Positions 43,210 to 57,235 of a stretch of 64,000 nucleotides of DNA are shown in pieces (position 1 is the stretch's first letter; the number at the start of each line of letters is the position of its first letter). Below the pieces are notes generated by a model that saw nothing but the letters and a program-made list of their open reading frames with translations, ran no database searches and was not told where the DNA came from. Origin of the DNA: Eledone cirrhosa (lineage: Eukaryota); assembly GCA_964016885.1 (NCBI GenBank), contig OZ024745.1, forward strand, positions 19,592,001 through 19,656,000, read 5' to 3'. The translations under genes and the position numbers were made by a program.

Positions 43210-43595
43210 TGAAAATATTGTGTACAGTGCTCAGGTGCACTAAAACTCATCAAAAGTGTATGTATAGTACATAGGGTAAGGTACAAATGTCAGGAAAATG
43301 AACAGAGCATGAGTCATGATGTGTGCATGTGTATGGAAGGGGGACATCAGGTGTAGTTTTGGCGAATTTCAGGAAGCACAAGGGTTTTAAAGGATGCAGT
43401 GTCTCGGCAGCTAACCATTGATGCAGCCAGTTTGTTCCATGCTTCAGCATGTTTCCGAAAGTCATGGGAGCTGTGCTGTTTTCTGACTTTGTAGGCATTT
43501 CCATGTGTGTTAGACACATGGAGATCAAAAAGGTGCTCAGGGTTGTTGTTGGCGAGATGGTTAATAACTTTGTGGGTGTTTACCAAGTCCATTGC
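43210..43595 (-). mobile_element. CR1-like LINE 3' fragment
   Basis: HKVINHL..LFDLHVSNTHGNAYKVRKQH..AWNKL..VSCRDTASFK, typical CR1 ORF2 end. Confidence 0.75.
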
Positions 43596-44260
43596 CTTTG
43601 TTTACCAATAGAAGTGTTGTGTTTTATTGTCCATTTAGGTGAAAGTAAAGGTGTAGAAAGTTGAGCGCATTAGTGTTAGTATTTATGCTAAAATAGTTAC
43701 TGCGAACGGTTATGTGACTACAGTCTACTAGCATTGTTGCTGGGTGAGTATTGTTCACTTGATAGTGAGTACTTTCAAACTTTATAATCCTTCTTCAGAC
43801 TATGTCTATATATATAAGCAGACACTCAACCCTGTTTGATGGTTATTTTGGTGCCCCAGTAAAAAGCAACCAGTCCACACAATAGTATGGGTGGCATTAA
43901 GAACATCCAGCCATAGAAACCAAACCAAAATACAGAACCGTATGAGCAAAATGCGGTCACCTGACTTGACTTGTCTCGTAACATGATAGAATGGGCATGC
44001 AGCTGCAGAAAGCCTGCCAAACAAAGGTTCAGAAGAATGCTAGTTATGCCAGAAACATGACAACCTCCCTAGTGCTGGTGCCATGATAATATGCACTCGG
44101 TAGAGCATTGGATGATGATAATGATGACACACACAAAAAGAGAGCAGGGAGTTTTCATACATCAGGGAAGACAAACATTAAATGATGATGACCATCACAT
44201 ATACATAAGCATGCGCGCACACACACACACGAAAAAAAAGAGGTCAGGGAGTTTTCTTAC

Positions 44261-44351
44261 CTTAATATCCAAAAGACTTTCATTTGATATGCCACAGTCA
44301 AAGTCGAGCCGATCAAACAGAAGCTCTTCCGACATCAACTGAGCAATCAGT
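44261..44351 (-). CDS. First identified exon: LIAQLMSEELLFDRLDFDCGISNESLLDIK (true start unresolved)
   Basis: atattttcag acceptor / gtaaga donor, 91 nt, ends phase 0; contains an in-frame ATG. Confidence 0.72.
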
Positions 44352-44684
44352 CTGAAAATATAGAGACACAGGTATATATATAGGAGAGTACTGCACAGGA
44401 GCAAGACATGGGCATTAATTGCAGAGGATGTGCAAAATATAGTCAACATAGTCCCCAGAAAGAAACAATGCAGTTATTAATAAGAGTTGAAATTAATGGT
44501 TGCAAGATTTCCAGGGACTATGTTGAAAAATAAACCTCATTTGGTCATTCCATGAGAGTATCTTGGTCAGCCTATAAACGTTTCAGCTGACTCTCTTACA
44601 GAGTCTGCTATTCACTGCCATTTTATGAGTAATTATGTGGTGTGTGTGTGTGTGTGTATAAAATACATTTATGGTTGCTGTATG

Positions 44685-44721
<37 letters not shown>

Positions 44722-45206
44722 ATGTGTATGTGTGTGTTTGAATGCCTGTGAGTGTGTATGATTGTAAGTGTGTTTGATTAAGAATGTATGTATGTGTATA
44801 TATGTATGTTGAAGTATGTTTGTCTATTTAGCTTCATTGGATGGGAGACATTCCATTGTTGGACAGTGAAAACATCCAATTTACACAAGTCAAGGTCAAC
44901 TAGGAATCAATGATCATAACAGGAAACACCATTAGATGGGGGGGGGGGGTGAGGGGGGAGCACTGGATGGTTGAGGGAGTGGATCACGGTTGGGGTGGAG
45001 GGAAATGGAGTATGGTGGGAGGTGGTGAGTGTGAATGGAGCCAAGTTGGCGGGGGGGGGGGGGTCGAGACGGGCCATGAGACCCCCCCCCCCGGGCAGCA
45101 ACAGAGAAGGATCATTAAAGAATACCAAAAGCTGTTCTATTGATTCCTCCAGTAATATTAGCTGTAAGTAGATAGAGATCTGTCCCTTACTATTCATATT
45201 CCAATA

Positions 45207-45683
45207 GAATAGGCTATTTTGCCCTTCCCGGTAAAATAGATAAACATGCTTTGTAAGCTTATTTTACCGGTGCCAGTAAAATAGATTCCCAGGCTATTTT
45301 GCCGGTAAATAGTGTTAGTTTTAGGGTTAGGGTTTAAATTGTCTTAATAATTGGTGGTGAAAATACATAAACTTGTGTGTTAAATCTGTGTGTTGTTATT
45401 TCTAACATTACCTGCCTTCATAATAATTTAGGCACAAGGCCAGCAATTTTGGGGGAAAGGGGAAAGTCGATTAAATCGACCCCAGTGCATTATTGGTGCT
45501 TTATTTTATCGACCCCAGTGTATTGCTGGTGCTTTATTTTATCGACCCCATAAGGATGAAAGGCAAAGCTAACCTCAGCGAAAAGGGCCGCAACTCTATG
45601 CTGCAAAGCATGGTGTCTGACACTCTTACCGACAAAATAGCCTAGGAGTCTATTTTACCGGGACCAGCAAAATAGCCTCTTCC
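45207..45683. mobile_element. MITE with long subterminal inverted repeats, SINE nested inside
   Basis: aggctattttgc..cccggtaaaataga / tctattttaccggg..gcaaaatagcct; internal ttagggttaggg; SINE ~45420-45632. Confidence 0.7.
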
Positions 45684-45921
45684 GTTTATATTTATTGTTA
45701 TAAAAGATACAGTTTAGCAGAAAAAAAGAAGTGGATGTTGTGATGTTCATGCTGTTTTTCTGAGAGCAAAATAAGTAAAATGCTTCTAACTAAGCAGTAA
45801 CTGAAAGTTATGAGTGGTCTCAGTTTGGAGAGGAACTACTGACTACATTCCATCTTAGTAGTATATGTACACGATCACTGTTTTATGTCTGTTTTTCATG
45901 CCGTCTATGTGTGAGTGTGTG

Positions 45922-45967
<46 letters not shown>

Positions 45968-46754
45968 TATATCCCACCGATACTCCAAGCTTGCGTGTTC
46001 GTTACTCGAGACACCGTTCGTGAGCAGATTTGCTCGCGAATCGAAATTCCACTAATGGGCTAGTGACCTTTGTGACAGCCTTTATATGCACTTTTCACGC
46101 CTGTTACCTTTTCTTTAATAGTTAACATTACGAAAGGAGAGGGGGGGGGATAAAAAGACACCTAAAGATTAATTATTTAACATATCACATCTTTGCATTT
46201 AAAACCAATTTCATATAATGCTGTGTGTGTGTGTGTGTGTGTGTCAGCCTTATTGAGGCTTTTGTCTGAAAACTGCCACCCTGTTCTTTACCCTAACATA
46301 TCATCCGCCGTGTGGTCCCGGCTGACAGGATGATGACATTGCCCCGGTGAACGGCGTGAGAGACGCGCTGGAACAGCCATTCCACGTCAAAGGGCTCGCA
46401 CCTCGCACCTGCAGACAGCAGTGATCAGAGATGTGGCCCGGGCGCCAAGAACGCCGGACATCTCCACGGCTACATGCTCAACCACAAACCTACCAGAATG
46501 GACATAAGAGTAATTGCCATTAAAAAAAAAAAACATACTATATATTACTACAGTTTTCTTTAGGTTAATATATTACATACATATATTATATACAGAACTT
46601 AAATACAATGGCAGTGCCCCAGCATGGCCTCAGCTTGTCGGCTGGAACACGTAATACGGTAATAGAGTAGTAATCATGATATATACAACACTATAGAATC
46701 CCACTACTTTCCAGTCTACATATATAAAAGTTATCGTTATCAGATACAAACATA

Positions 46755-47253
46755 CCGTCTTTCCCTTATAAGACCTACTCCAAAAATAAGTCCTGGCATG
46801 ATGTTTATGTTACTGTCCAATATAAGCCCTACCCCGAAAATAAGCCCTCGCGCATTTTTGAGAGAAAAATTAACTACAAATACAAAAAACGCAGATTTCC
46901 AAAGTCTTGCTAATTACTAATATGATAAATTATTTTAATGATATTGTTTTTAATATATATTTACATGAGTATAATGATACTTTTATCAAAACCTTTTGTG
47001 CTGTTATTTTTGGTGTAATAAGATAAGTTCTGCCCCCGAAAATAAGCCCTAGTGCTTTTTTGTGGGGGGAGGGGTTAATATAAGACATTTCTCTATTCTG
47101 CCCGCCGAGACCACGGCGGGCGCGGCCAGCGCTTGGGTTTCCATCTACATGTAATAGTTAGAGATGGGGAGAGCGAGATGGAAGCAGTGAGAGAATATCA
47201 ACACACACACACACACTTGATAAGACATGTCTTATGATAGGGGGGAGACACGG
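46755..47253. mobile_element. Pogo/Tc2-type MITE
   Basis: TA-ccgtctttccc / gggagacacgg-TA termini; repeated aaaataag(a/c)cct motifs. Confidence 0.7.
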
Positions 47254-49228
47254 TATATAGACGTTATCAAATACAAACTAGCCTGACAAAAGCCTTAATG
47301 CGCTATAGTCACCATCATAACTTTTATAAATAAATAAAAAACTACTCTAGCCCTATCGCAACATCTGGACAATTATTTCCTCGTGTATATAAAACAGTGT
47401 CACTGTCTAACTAAATCTCTTTTCCTTTAATCTATATAACACAAAATACACACACACACGCACGCAACCATCATCTGAAGCCACACAAATCTCACAACAT
47501 ACGCCTCCTTCTTCTTGTCACTCACCTCTGCCACCATCATTTATATAACAGTTGGCAGTTGTTTGTTAAAAAAAAAGTTTATCTTCTCTCCCTGACTTTT
47601 TCACCCCTTGATAGCCCGACTATTCCACCTTCAAAACCAACTAACATACCACCACCACCGCAGCCGCCGCCACTAACATCTTCATGAGTAAATAGAAAAA
47701 GAACAAACCATGCTTCTCGACCCCCCCCCCCCCACACACACACACCAAGCACTCAGATCTCTCTATTTCGACCACCACCTCGATAATCTTACAATAGGGG
47801 GTGCGCTAAGAGAATATACTTAGTTCTTTTCCTCTGGTCACTAGTAAATGAAAAATGAAAATAAGAGTTATGTCCCTTGTTTTTCTAAACTATTCGCGCG
47901 CAATTTGTGTGTGTGTGTGTGTGTGTGTGTGCATGCGTGCGTGCGTGCGTGTGCGTATGCGACGAATTGGTGGAGTCGTTAGAACGTCGGATAGAGTACT
48001 TTATGGTATTCGTTTCGGTTCTCTGCTCTCCGAGTTAAAATCCTGCTGAGGTCAACTCGACCGTCCATCCATTCAAAGTCGATAAAAAAATGTACCAGTC
48101 AAGTACTGAGGTCGATTCTTCTTTAACTCTATCCTTCTCTGCAAGAAATCCTCTATATTTAGACCTGGGCTCCACCAGGTTAATAAAGGCCGTATGCCAA
48201 TAAGGCGCCTTAGGAGTTACGGGACCATACAGACGTGTGTGTGTGCGAGAAAGAGAGAGAGAGTGATACATCATCATTTTACGTCTGCTTTTCCCTGCTT
48301 GCAAGGGTGGGACAGGAACTGATTCTCGCTCGATGTCTACAGCTGGATGCCCTTCCTAACACCAACCTCATTTACAGTGAGTACTGGGTGCTTTTTTGAC
48401 GTGGCATCTCCACGACCACTTTACAGTGGAATGATATGGACCCCAGTCCCTATCATCTCATTTCTACAGCTGAGTAAACTGGAGCAATGTGAAATAAAGT
48501 GTCTTGCTCAAGGAAACAACACATCACCCGGTCTGAGAATTGAACTCACAACCTTTTGATTGCAAGGCCAATGCTCTAACCACTAAGCCATGTGCCTCCA
48601 TACGTCCTTGAGAAATGCTTGTTGATGTACCAATACACAGGCATGCATCTACATGCAATAGATATTCTATTACTGACACTGTTGTGTACATAATGAAAAC
48701 ACTTAACTCTCAACAAGTCTATTTAGCTATACAATATGTATTGTTTGCTCTAGGTACACTAAACTAACTTTACCGACTTCACTCATCTAAATAACCACAG
48801 AACAGTACAATAAAATTGATGTTTCGTTCATGGCGGCAAATTGATAGAAATGTTGGAGCGTCGAACAAAATACAATCCGAGTTCAAATCTTGCTGAAGTT
48901 CAACTGTACCTTTCATTCTTCCCGGCAGGGCCTGATTTAACGGGGTAATGGGGGCACCACCACCAGCGATTTATTTGTGCCATTTGTAGCAATATATTTG
49001 TGCCTCCTTGGGTTTTTTAGTTTTAGTATGCTTAGAATTTTTGAGTTTCATACCTGCATGTATAACTTTTCAATTCCAATTACTTGGGCCAAGCTAACTT
49101 TGATATGTAAAACTGGGGGGGGGGGGGGGCATCAAAACCTGAAGTGCCCCGGGCCCACCAAGGTCTAAATCCTTCAATGCTTCTGGGGTCGATAAAATGT
49201 GGTAGTAAATGGGGGGAGTTGTTGGAGC

Positions 49229-52200
49229 GTCAGATAGGATACCTTGCAGTATTTGTTCTGTCAGGTAGGATACCTTGCAGTATTTGTTCTGCCAGATAGG
49301 ATACCTTGCAGTATTTGTTCTGTCAGGTAGGATACCTTGCAGTATTTGTTCTGCCAGATAGGATACCTTGCAGTATTTGTTCCGTCAGATAGGATACCTT
49401 GCAGTATTTGTTCTGCCAGATAGGATACCTTGCAGTATTTGTTCCGTCAGATAGGATACCTTGCAGTATTTGTTCTGCCAGATAGGATACCTTGCAGTAT
49501 TTGTTCTGCCAGATAGGATACCTTGCAGTATTTGTTCCATCAGATAGGATACCTTGCAGTATTTGTTCTGCCAGATAAGATACCTTGCAGTATTTGTTCC
49601 GTCAGGTAGGATACCTTGCAGTATTTGTTCTGCCAGATAGGATACCTTGCAGTATTTGTTCTGCCAGATAGGATACCTTGCAGTATTTGTTCCATCAGAT
49701 AGGATACCTTGCAGTATTTGTTCTGCCAGATAAGATACCTTGCAGTATTTGTTCTGCCAGATAGGATACCTTGCAGTATTTGTTCTGCCAGATAGGATAC
49801 CTTGCAGTATTTGTTCTGCCAGATAGGATACCTTGCAGTATTTGTTCTGCCAGATAGGATACCTTGCAGTATTTGTTCTGCCAGATAGGATACCTTGCAG
49901 TATTTGTTCCGTCAGATAGGATACCTTGCAGTATTTGTTCTGCCAGATAGGATACCTTGCAGTATTTGTTCCGTCAGATAGGATACCTTGCAGTATTTGT
50001 TCTGCCAGATAGGATACCTTGCAGTATTTGTTCTGCCAGATAGGATACCTTGCAGTATTTGTTCTGCCAGATAGGATACCTTGCAGTATTTGTTCTGCCA
50101 GATAGGATACCTTGCAGTATTTGTTCTGCCAGATAGGATACCTTGCAGTATTTGTTCCGTCAGATAGGATACCTTGCAGTATTTGTTCTGCCAGATAGGA
50201 TACCTTGCAGTATTTGTTCTGCCAGATAGGATACCTTGCAGTATTTGTTCTGCCAGATAGGATACCTTGCAGTATTTGTTCTGCCAGATAGGATACCTTG
50301 CAGTATTTGTTCTGCCAGATAGGATACCTTGCAGTATTTGTTCTGCCAGATAGGATACCTTGCAGTATTTGTTCCGTCAGATAGGATACCTTGCAGTATT
50401 TGTTCTGCCAGATAGGATACCTTGCAGTATTTGTTCCGTCAGGTAGGATACCTTGCAGTATTTGTTCTGCCAGATAGGATACCTTGCAGTATTTGTTCCG
50501 TCAGATAGGATACCTTGCAGTATTTGTTCCGTCAGATAGGATACCTTGCAGTATTTGTTCCGTCAGGTAGGATACCTTGCAGTATTTGTTCCGTCAGATA
50601 GGATACCTTGCAGTATTTGTTCTGCCAGATAAGATACCTTGCAGTATTTGTTCTGCCAGATAAGATACCTTGCAGTATTTGTTCTGCCAGATAGGATACC
50701 TTGCAGTATTTGTTCTGCCAGATAGGATACCTTGCAGTATTTGTTCTGCCAGATAGGATACCTTGCAGTATTTGTTCTGCCAGATAGGATACCTTGCAGT
50801 ATTTGTTCCGTCAGATAGGATACCTTGCAGTATTTGTTCTGCCAGATAGGATACCTTGCAGTATTTGTTCCGTCAGGTAGGATACCTTGCAGTATTTGTT
50901 CCATCAGATAGGATACCTTGCAGTATTTGTTCCGTCAGATAGGATACCTTGCAGTATTTGTTCTGCCAGATAGGATACCTTGCAGTATTTGTTCTGCCAG
51001 ATAGGATACCTTGCAGTATTTGTTCCGTCAGATAGGATACCTTGCAGTATTTGTTCTGCCAGATAGGATACCTTGCAGTATTTGTTCCGTCAGATAGGAT
51101 ACCTTGCAGTATTTGTTCCATCAGATAGGATACCTTGCAGTATTTGTTCCATCAGATAGGATACCTTGCAGTATTTGTTCCATCAGATAGGATACCTTGC
51201 AGTATTTGTTCCATCAGATAGGATACCTTGCAGTATTTGTTCCATCAGATAGGATACCTTGCAGTATTTGTTCTGCCAGATAGGATACCTTGCAGTATTT
51301 GTTCTGCCAGATAGGATACCTTGCAGTATTTGTTCCGTCAGATAGGATACCTTGCAGTATTTGTTCTGCCAGATAGGATACCTTGCAGTATTTGTTCCGT
51401 CAGATAGGATACCTTGCAGTATTTGTTCCGTCAGATAGGATACCTTGCAGTATTTGTTCCATCAGGTAGGATACCTTGCAGTATTTGTTCTGCCAGATAG
51501 GATACCTTGCAGTATTTGTTCCGTCAGGTAGGATACCTTGCAGTATTTGTTCTGCCAGATAGGATACCTTGCAGTATTTGTTCCGTCAGATAGGATACCT
51601 TGCAGTATTTGTTCCGTCAGATAGGATACCTTGCAGTATTTGTTCTGCCAGATAGGATACCTTGCAGTATTTGTTCTGCCAGATAGGATACCTTGCAGTA
51701 TTTGTTCCGTCAGATAGGATACCTTGCAGTATTTGTTCCGTCAGATAGGATACCTTGCAGTATTTGTTCCGTCAGATAGGATACCTTGCAGTATTTGTTC
51801 CGTCAGATAGGATACCTTGCAGTATTTGTTCTGCCAGATAGGATACCTTGCAGTATTTGTTCTGCCAGATAGGATACCTTGCAGTATTTGTTCTGCCAGA
51901 TAGGATACCTTGCAGTATTTGTTCCGTCAGGTAGGATACCTTGCAGTATTTGTTCTGCCAGATAGGATACCTTGCAGTATTTGTTCCGTCAGATAGGATA
52001 CCTTGCAGTATTTGTTCCGTCAGGTAGGATACCTTGCAGTATTTGTTCTGCCAGATAGGATACCTTGCAGTATTTGTTCTGCCAGATAGGATACCTTGCA
52101 GTATTTGTTCCGTCAGATAGGATACCTTGCAGTATTTGTTCCGTCAGATAGGATACCTTGCAGTATTTGTTCCGTCAGATAGGATACCTTGCAGTATTTG

Positions 52201-53817
52201 TTCCGTCAGATAGGATACCTTGCAGTATTTGTTCTGCCAGATAGGATACCTTGCAGTATTTGTTCTGCCAGATAGGATACCTTGCAGTATTTGTTCCGTC
52301 AGATAGGATACCTTGCAGTATTTGTTCCGTCAGATAGGATACCTTGCAGTATTTGTTCCGTCAGATAGGATACCTTGCAGTATTTGTTCCGTCAGATAGG
52401 ATACCTTGCAGTATTTGTTCTGCCAGATAGGATACCTTGCAGTATTTGTTCCGTCAGATAGGATACCTTGCAGTATTTGTTCCGTCAGATAGGATACCTT
52501 GCAGTATTTGTTCCGTCAGATAGGATACCTTGCAGTATTTGTTCCATCAGATAGGATACCTTGCAGTATTTGTTCCGTCAGATAGGATACCTTGCAGTAT
52601 TTGTTCCGTCAGATAGGATACCTTGCAGTATTTGTTCTGCCAGATAGGATACCTTGCAGTATTTGTTCTGCCAGATAGGATACCTTGCAGTATTTGTTCC
52701 GTCAGATAGGATACCTTGCAGTATTTGTTCCGTCAGATAGGATACCTTGCAGTATTTGTTCTGCCAGATAGGATACCTTGCAGTATTTGTTCTGCCAGAT
52801 AGGATACCTTGCAGTATTTGTTCTGCCAGATAGGATACCTTGCAGTATTTGTTCCGTCAGATAGGATACCTTGCAGTATTTGTTCCGTCAGATAGGATAC
52901 CTTGCAGTATTTGTTCCGCCAGATAGGATACCTTGCAGTATTTGTTCCGTCAGATAGGATACCTTGCAGTATTTGTTCCGTCAGATAGGATACCTTGCAG
53001 TATTTGTTCCGTCAGATAGGATACCTTGCAGTATTTGTTCTGCCAGATAGGATACCTTGCAGTATTTGTTCCGTCAGATAGGATACCTTGCAGTATTTGT
53101 TCCGTCAGATAGGATACCTTGCAGTATTTGTTCTGCCAGATAGGATACCTTGCAGTATTTGTTCCATCAGATAGGATACCTTGCAGTATTTGTTCTGCCA
53201 GATAGGATACCTTGCAGTATTTGTTCCATCAGATAGGATACCTTGCAGTATTTGTTCCGTCAGATAGGATACCTTGCAGTATTTGTTCTGCCAGATAGGA
53301 TACCTTGCAGTATTTGTTCCGTCAGATAGGATACCTTGCAGTATTTGTTCCGTCAGATAGGATACCTTGCAGTATTTGTTCCGTCAGATAGGATACCTTG
53401 CAGTATTTGTTCCGTCAGATAGGATACCTTGCAGTATTTGTTCCGTCAGATAGGATACCTTGCAGTATTTGTTCTGCCAGATAGGATACCTTGCAGTATT
53501 TGTTCCGTCAGATAGGATACCTTGCAGTATTTGTTCCGTCAGATAGGATACCTTGCAGTATTTGTTCTGCCAGATAGGATACCTTGCAGTATTTGTTCCA
53601 TCAGATAGGATACCTTGCAGTATTTGTTCTGCCAGATAGGATACCTTGCAGTATTTGTTCCATCAGATAGGATACCTTGCAGTATTTGTTCTGCCAGATA
53701 GGATACCTTGCAGTATTTGTTCTGCCAGATAGGATACCTTGCAGTATTTGTTCCGTCAGATAGGATACCTTGCAGTATTTGTTCCGTCAGATAGGATACC
53801 TTGCAGTATTTGTTCCA
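49229..53817. repeat. 31-bp satellite, ~148 copies, embedded in a SINE
   Basis: cagataggataccttgcagtatttgttc+(tgc/cgt/cat); flanks continue a SINE head. Confidence 0.97.
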
Positions 53818-55007
53818 GTTTTTACGTTTTGATTTCAATTCTTAAGATAAACAAATGATGCCAGGGTTTTTCCGACCGCTCTATTTATGGTACCGGTCAG
53901 TCAAGACCTCTGGTATGTCCTTGGTCCTCACAATACTGATTTCCTCTTCAAAAGTGGAAAGACAGTAACTCGTCTAAAGAAAGAGCCCCATAAGATGGGG
54001 TGGCTGATTCAGTGGGACTCTCTGGCTATTTTACATGGCAATGCCTTCACCATTCTGTCTGCAAGGCACGGCCGAATCCCCACTCACGAAAGAGTGTAGT
54101 ATCTGCCCCCCCCCCCCCCCCCCCCCCCCGCCCCTCTCTCCTTTCCTTCATTGCTTCATTCTCTTTTTTCTTGTTCTTTCCTTTTCCTTTTTTTGTTTCA
54201 TTTAAATATCATTTTGTCTAACTTAAAGTTATCTTACATTCCTGCCATAACCTGTCTGGGTGGTAGACTTAATAGGTGGCACAGTGTATGACCACCATTT
54301 GAAACAGACGGGGGTGGGGAGACTAAAACCATCTTCAGCATGTTTCTCCACATACACAGCCTTAAGTCGCACAAGTAGTTCACTGCAGTTGATCAGAGAT
54401 TTAAAAAAAAAGACACTGGAGGAGAAGATAACCTGCTCCCATAAGTTGGTCCTTCGATGGTGCCTTTGGCAAAGTTTATTCTGTTGCAAGAATTCTAGCC
54501 CTGCTCCTCGGTTTCAGGATAAATTCCCTACCTACCCAGTTGGGGCCTTGAAAAGTTTCATTGGCACTTCACTTCCTTCTGACTAAGTGATTAAAAAAAG
54601 AAAAAAAAAAGGAAACAGGGAGAAGGAAAAAAGGGAGAAAGAGAGAATGAGGAAGGGGGGAGGGGGGGGGGGGGGGATAGGCCCTACTGGGAAAAGAGTC
54701 TATTGCTAACTCAGACATATAGTTCAAACCTTATTCATCATCATCATTTTTATGTCTGTTTTTCCACACTTGCACGACCCAAGTAGAGCTAAACAATGTT
54801 CTGTTAGAATCTTCTCTAACCTCTTTGATACCAAACCATTCGAAAACACTCCTCGTTCTATGATACAAAACTGTTTATAATTATCTAAAAACTTTCAATC
54901 ATAATTCTATGTAAGAATCTTTGTTAAGTTATATTCCAAACACAAGCTTAACAATAAGAAAGTTTTATAATTTTGGAGGGTCCATGTTGGCAATATAGTC
55001 ATATGAT

Positions 55008-55417
55008 CACTTCAGTTTTATCATTGGTCCAGTTGAGTGTCACTTCAGTTTTATCATTGGTCCTGTTGAGTGTCACTTCAGTTTTATCATTGGTCCAGTT
55101 GAGTGTCACTTCAGTTTTATCATTGGTCCTGTTGAGTGTCACTTCAGTTTTATCATTGGTCCTGTCGAGTGTCACTTCAGTTTTATCATTGGTCCTGTTG
55201 AGTGTCACTTCAGTTTTATCATTGGTCCTGTTGAGTGTCACTTCAGTTTTATCATTGGTCCAGTTGAGTGTCACTTCAGTTTTATCATTGGTCCAGTTGA
55301 GTGTCACTTCAGTTTTATCATTGGTCCAGTTGAGTGTCACTTCAGTTTTATCATTGGTCCAGTTGAGTGTCACTTCAGTTTTATCATTGGTCCAGTTGAG
55401 TATCACTTCAGTTTTAG
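55008..55417. repeat. 39-bp minisatellite, ~10.5 copies
   Basis: cacttcagttttatcattggtcc(a/t)gttgagtgt repeated. Confidence 0.95.
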
Positions 55418-56314
55418 TATTAGTAGTTAACCGATCCATTCTTCGGTTGGTTTAATAACTGGATGTCTATTTAATTGTCAAAGGTCTTTCATCATACATT
55501 GTAACCTTCTCAATGATTATTCTAGCTTCTCTGTTATCTCCTCTTCCATTTGATCTTGTTCTACTTACTCCATCTTGTCTTTCTGTCTTTCTATTTTGAA
55601 AGACAGAGAAGAAATGGATTAGTTACTGAACTAATAATGGTTTCTGGTTTAGTCACAAGCCCAACAATCTTTGGGGAAAGGGGAAAGTCAATCAAATCGA
55701 CCCCAGTGTTTTACTGGTACTTTATTTTATCGTCCCTCGTAAGGATGAAAGGCAAAGCTAATCTTGGCAGGATTTAAACTCAGAGCATAAAGGAACGTAA
55801 CTATATGCTGCAAAGTATACTGAAGTGAAACTCAACTAGTGCATGTGTTTATATTGGCAACATGACCCTCACAAAGTACAACAGCATCTGTTTTAACACA
55901 CAATTTCACATCGAATCTTGCAAGTGTGTGTGGTGGGAGTAAGTTTTGCATCATGGTCTTAGGGAATTGGTGAGGGAGTGTGAATAAGGAGAGTGTTAGG
56001 TTAGGTCAGATCTTACACACACACATCAGACCACACAGGATGTTGTTAAAGAAGACATCATGAACTACACTACTCTGCCTGTGTTACTCTATATATGCCT
56101 ATTGACAGAAGGAAGTGTATTAATACTAACAACAGTAAAAAGATGGCAATACTGTTGATAGTTATTCATTGCTATAAGAATTAATTATTTATACTCCTTT
56201 CATTTTGTATTTCATTAAGGTCTATCTAAATGTTTTGTATTATACTCTACATATTCCAGCATGGGGAAATAGAACAAAATGATCATCACCATCCCCATCA
56301 CTATCATCATGATC

Positions 56315-56345
<31 letters not shown>

Positions 56346-56633
56346 CCACCATCACTTTTACCATTACTACAACCATCATCATCATCACGACTACCACCAC
56401 CATCATCCTCAACAATACTGTTTAATGCTTGCATAAGTAAAACAGGTTGTCCTGTTATGAGGTGAGACAGGTGACTAGGTATTTCTCTTCTCATATACAC
56501 TCTTTTTGGCTTGGGGTTTTATTTTCTAGCGCTGGCTGCTCTAATCCCAACAACCTTTAGTGTGTAGTGTACTGGGAGCTTTTTTCATGGCAACAGCACT
56601 ACCAGCTTAAAAGATGAACTGGAGTGCTTTGTG

Positions 56634-56715
<82 letters not shown>

Positions 56716-57235
56716 CATACATATTTACATATCTGCTTCGTAGAATCGAGGCATATTCGAGGACCGCGCGATTTCAGAGTCAGGTTCGATCACCACATCG
56801 ATCGTGCCTCGAGCTGGTCACCCGAGAAACAATTGTAATATGTCCAATAAATTCCTTTCATCGCAACACTGATTCTCTTTTTTCTGTGATATCATACTCT
56901 GCTCTATGAGGGCATCAAGTGCTCATACGGCCTACTACATACGGACGCTTTAAGGATCCAACACCAATTATATATATATATATATATATCTCAGACAGAG
57001 CTGAAGATCCGCTTAAGGTGAAATATTTGTTCTTGGTATGGTGAACTAACTGTTATGGAACTACTACTACCAAACTCGTCCCATGGACTGAGTGCTCTAC
57101 TACTACGGATATTACCTTCCAGTGTTCTACTATTATATATATATATATATATATGATATATACATACTCTCAGGTCCCCAATAATGGGGGAGGACCTTAT
57201 TCAAGATACAAGAGTGTGCGTGTGTGTACGTATAT

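Noticed and set aside
45127-47540. Candidate upstream exons (LILLEESIEQLL at ~45127-45162; MMVAE|gtgag at ~47526-47540) for the minus-strand gene
   Set aside because: They end in phase 0 while the 44351 acceptor needs phase 2; they fit only with an alternative acceptor, so left unresolved
49229-53817. CRISPR-like array
   Set aside because: Only a 3-nt variable position, no unique spacers, no cas genes, eukaryotic context
54229-54586. Short ORFs on both strands in unique-looking sequence
   Set aside because: No recognisable motif or splice structure; probably a decayed repeat
54973-55455. Repeat-protein ORFs on both strands
   Set aside because: A 39-bp minisatellite (multiple of 3) keeps frames open; no splice or other gene support
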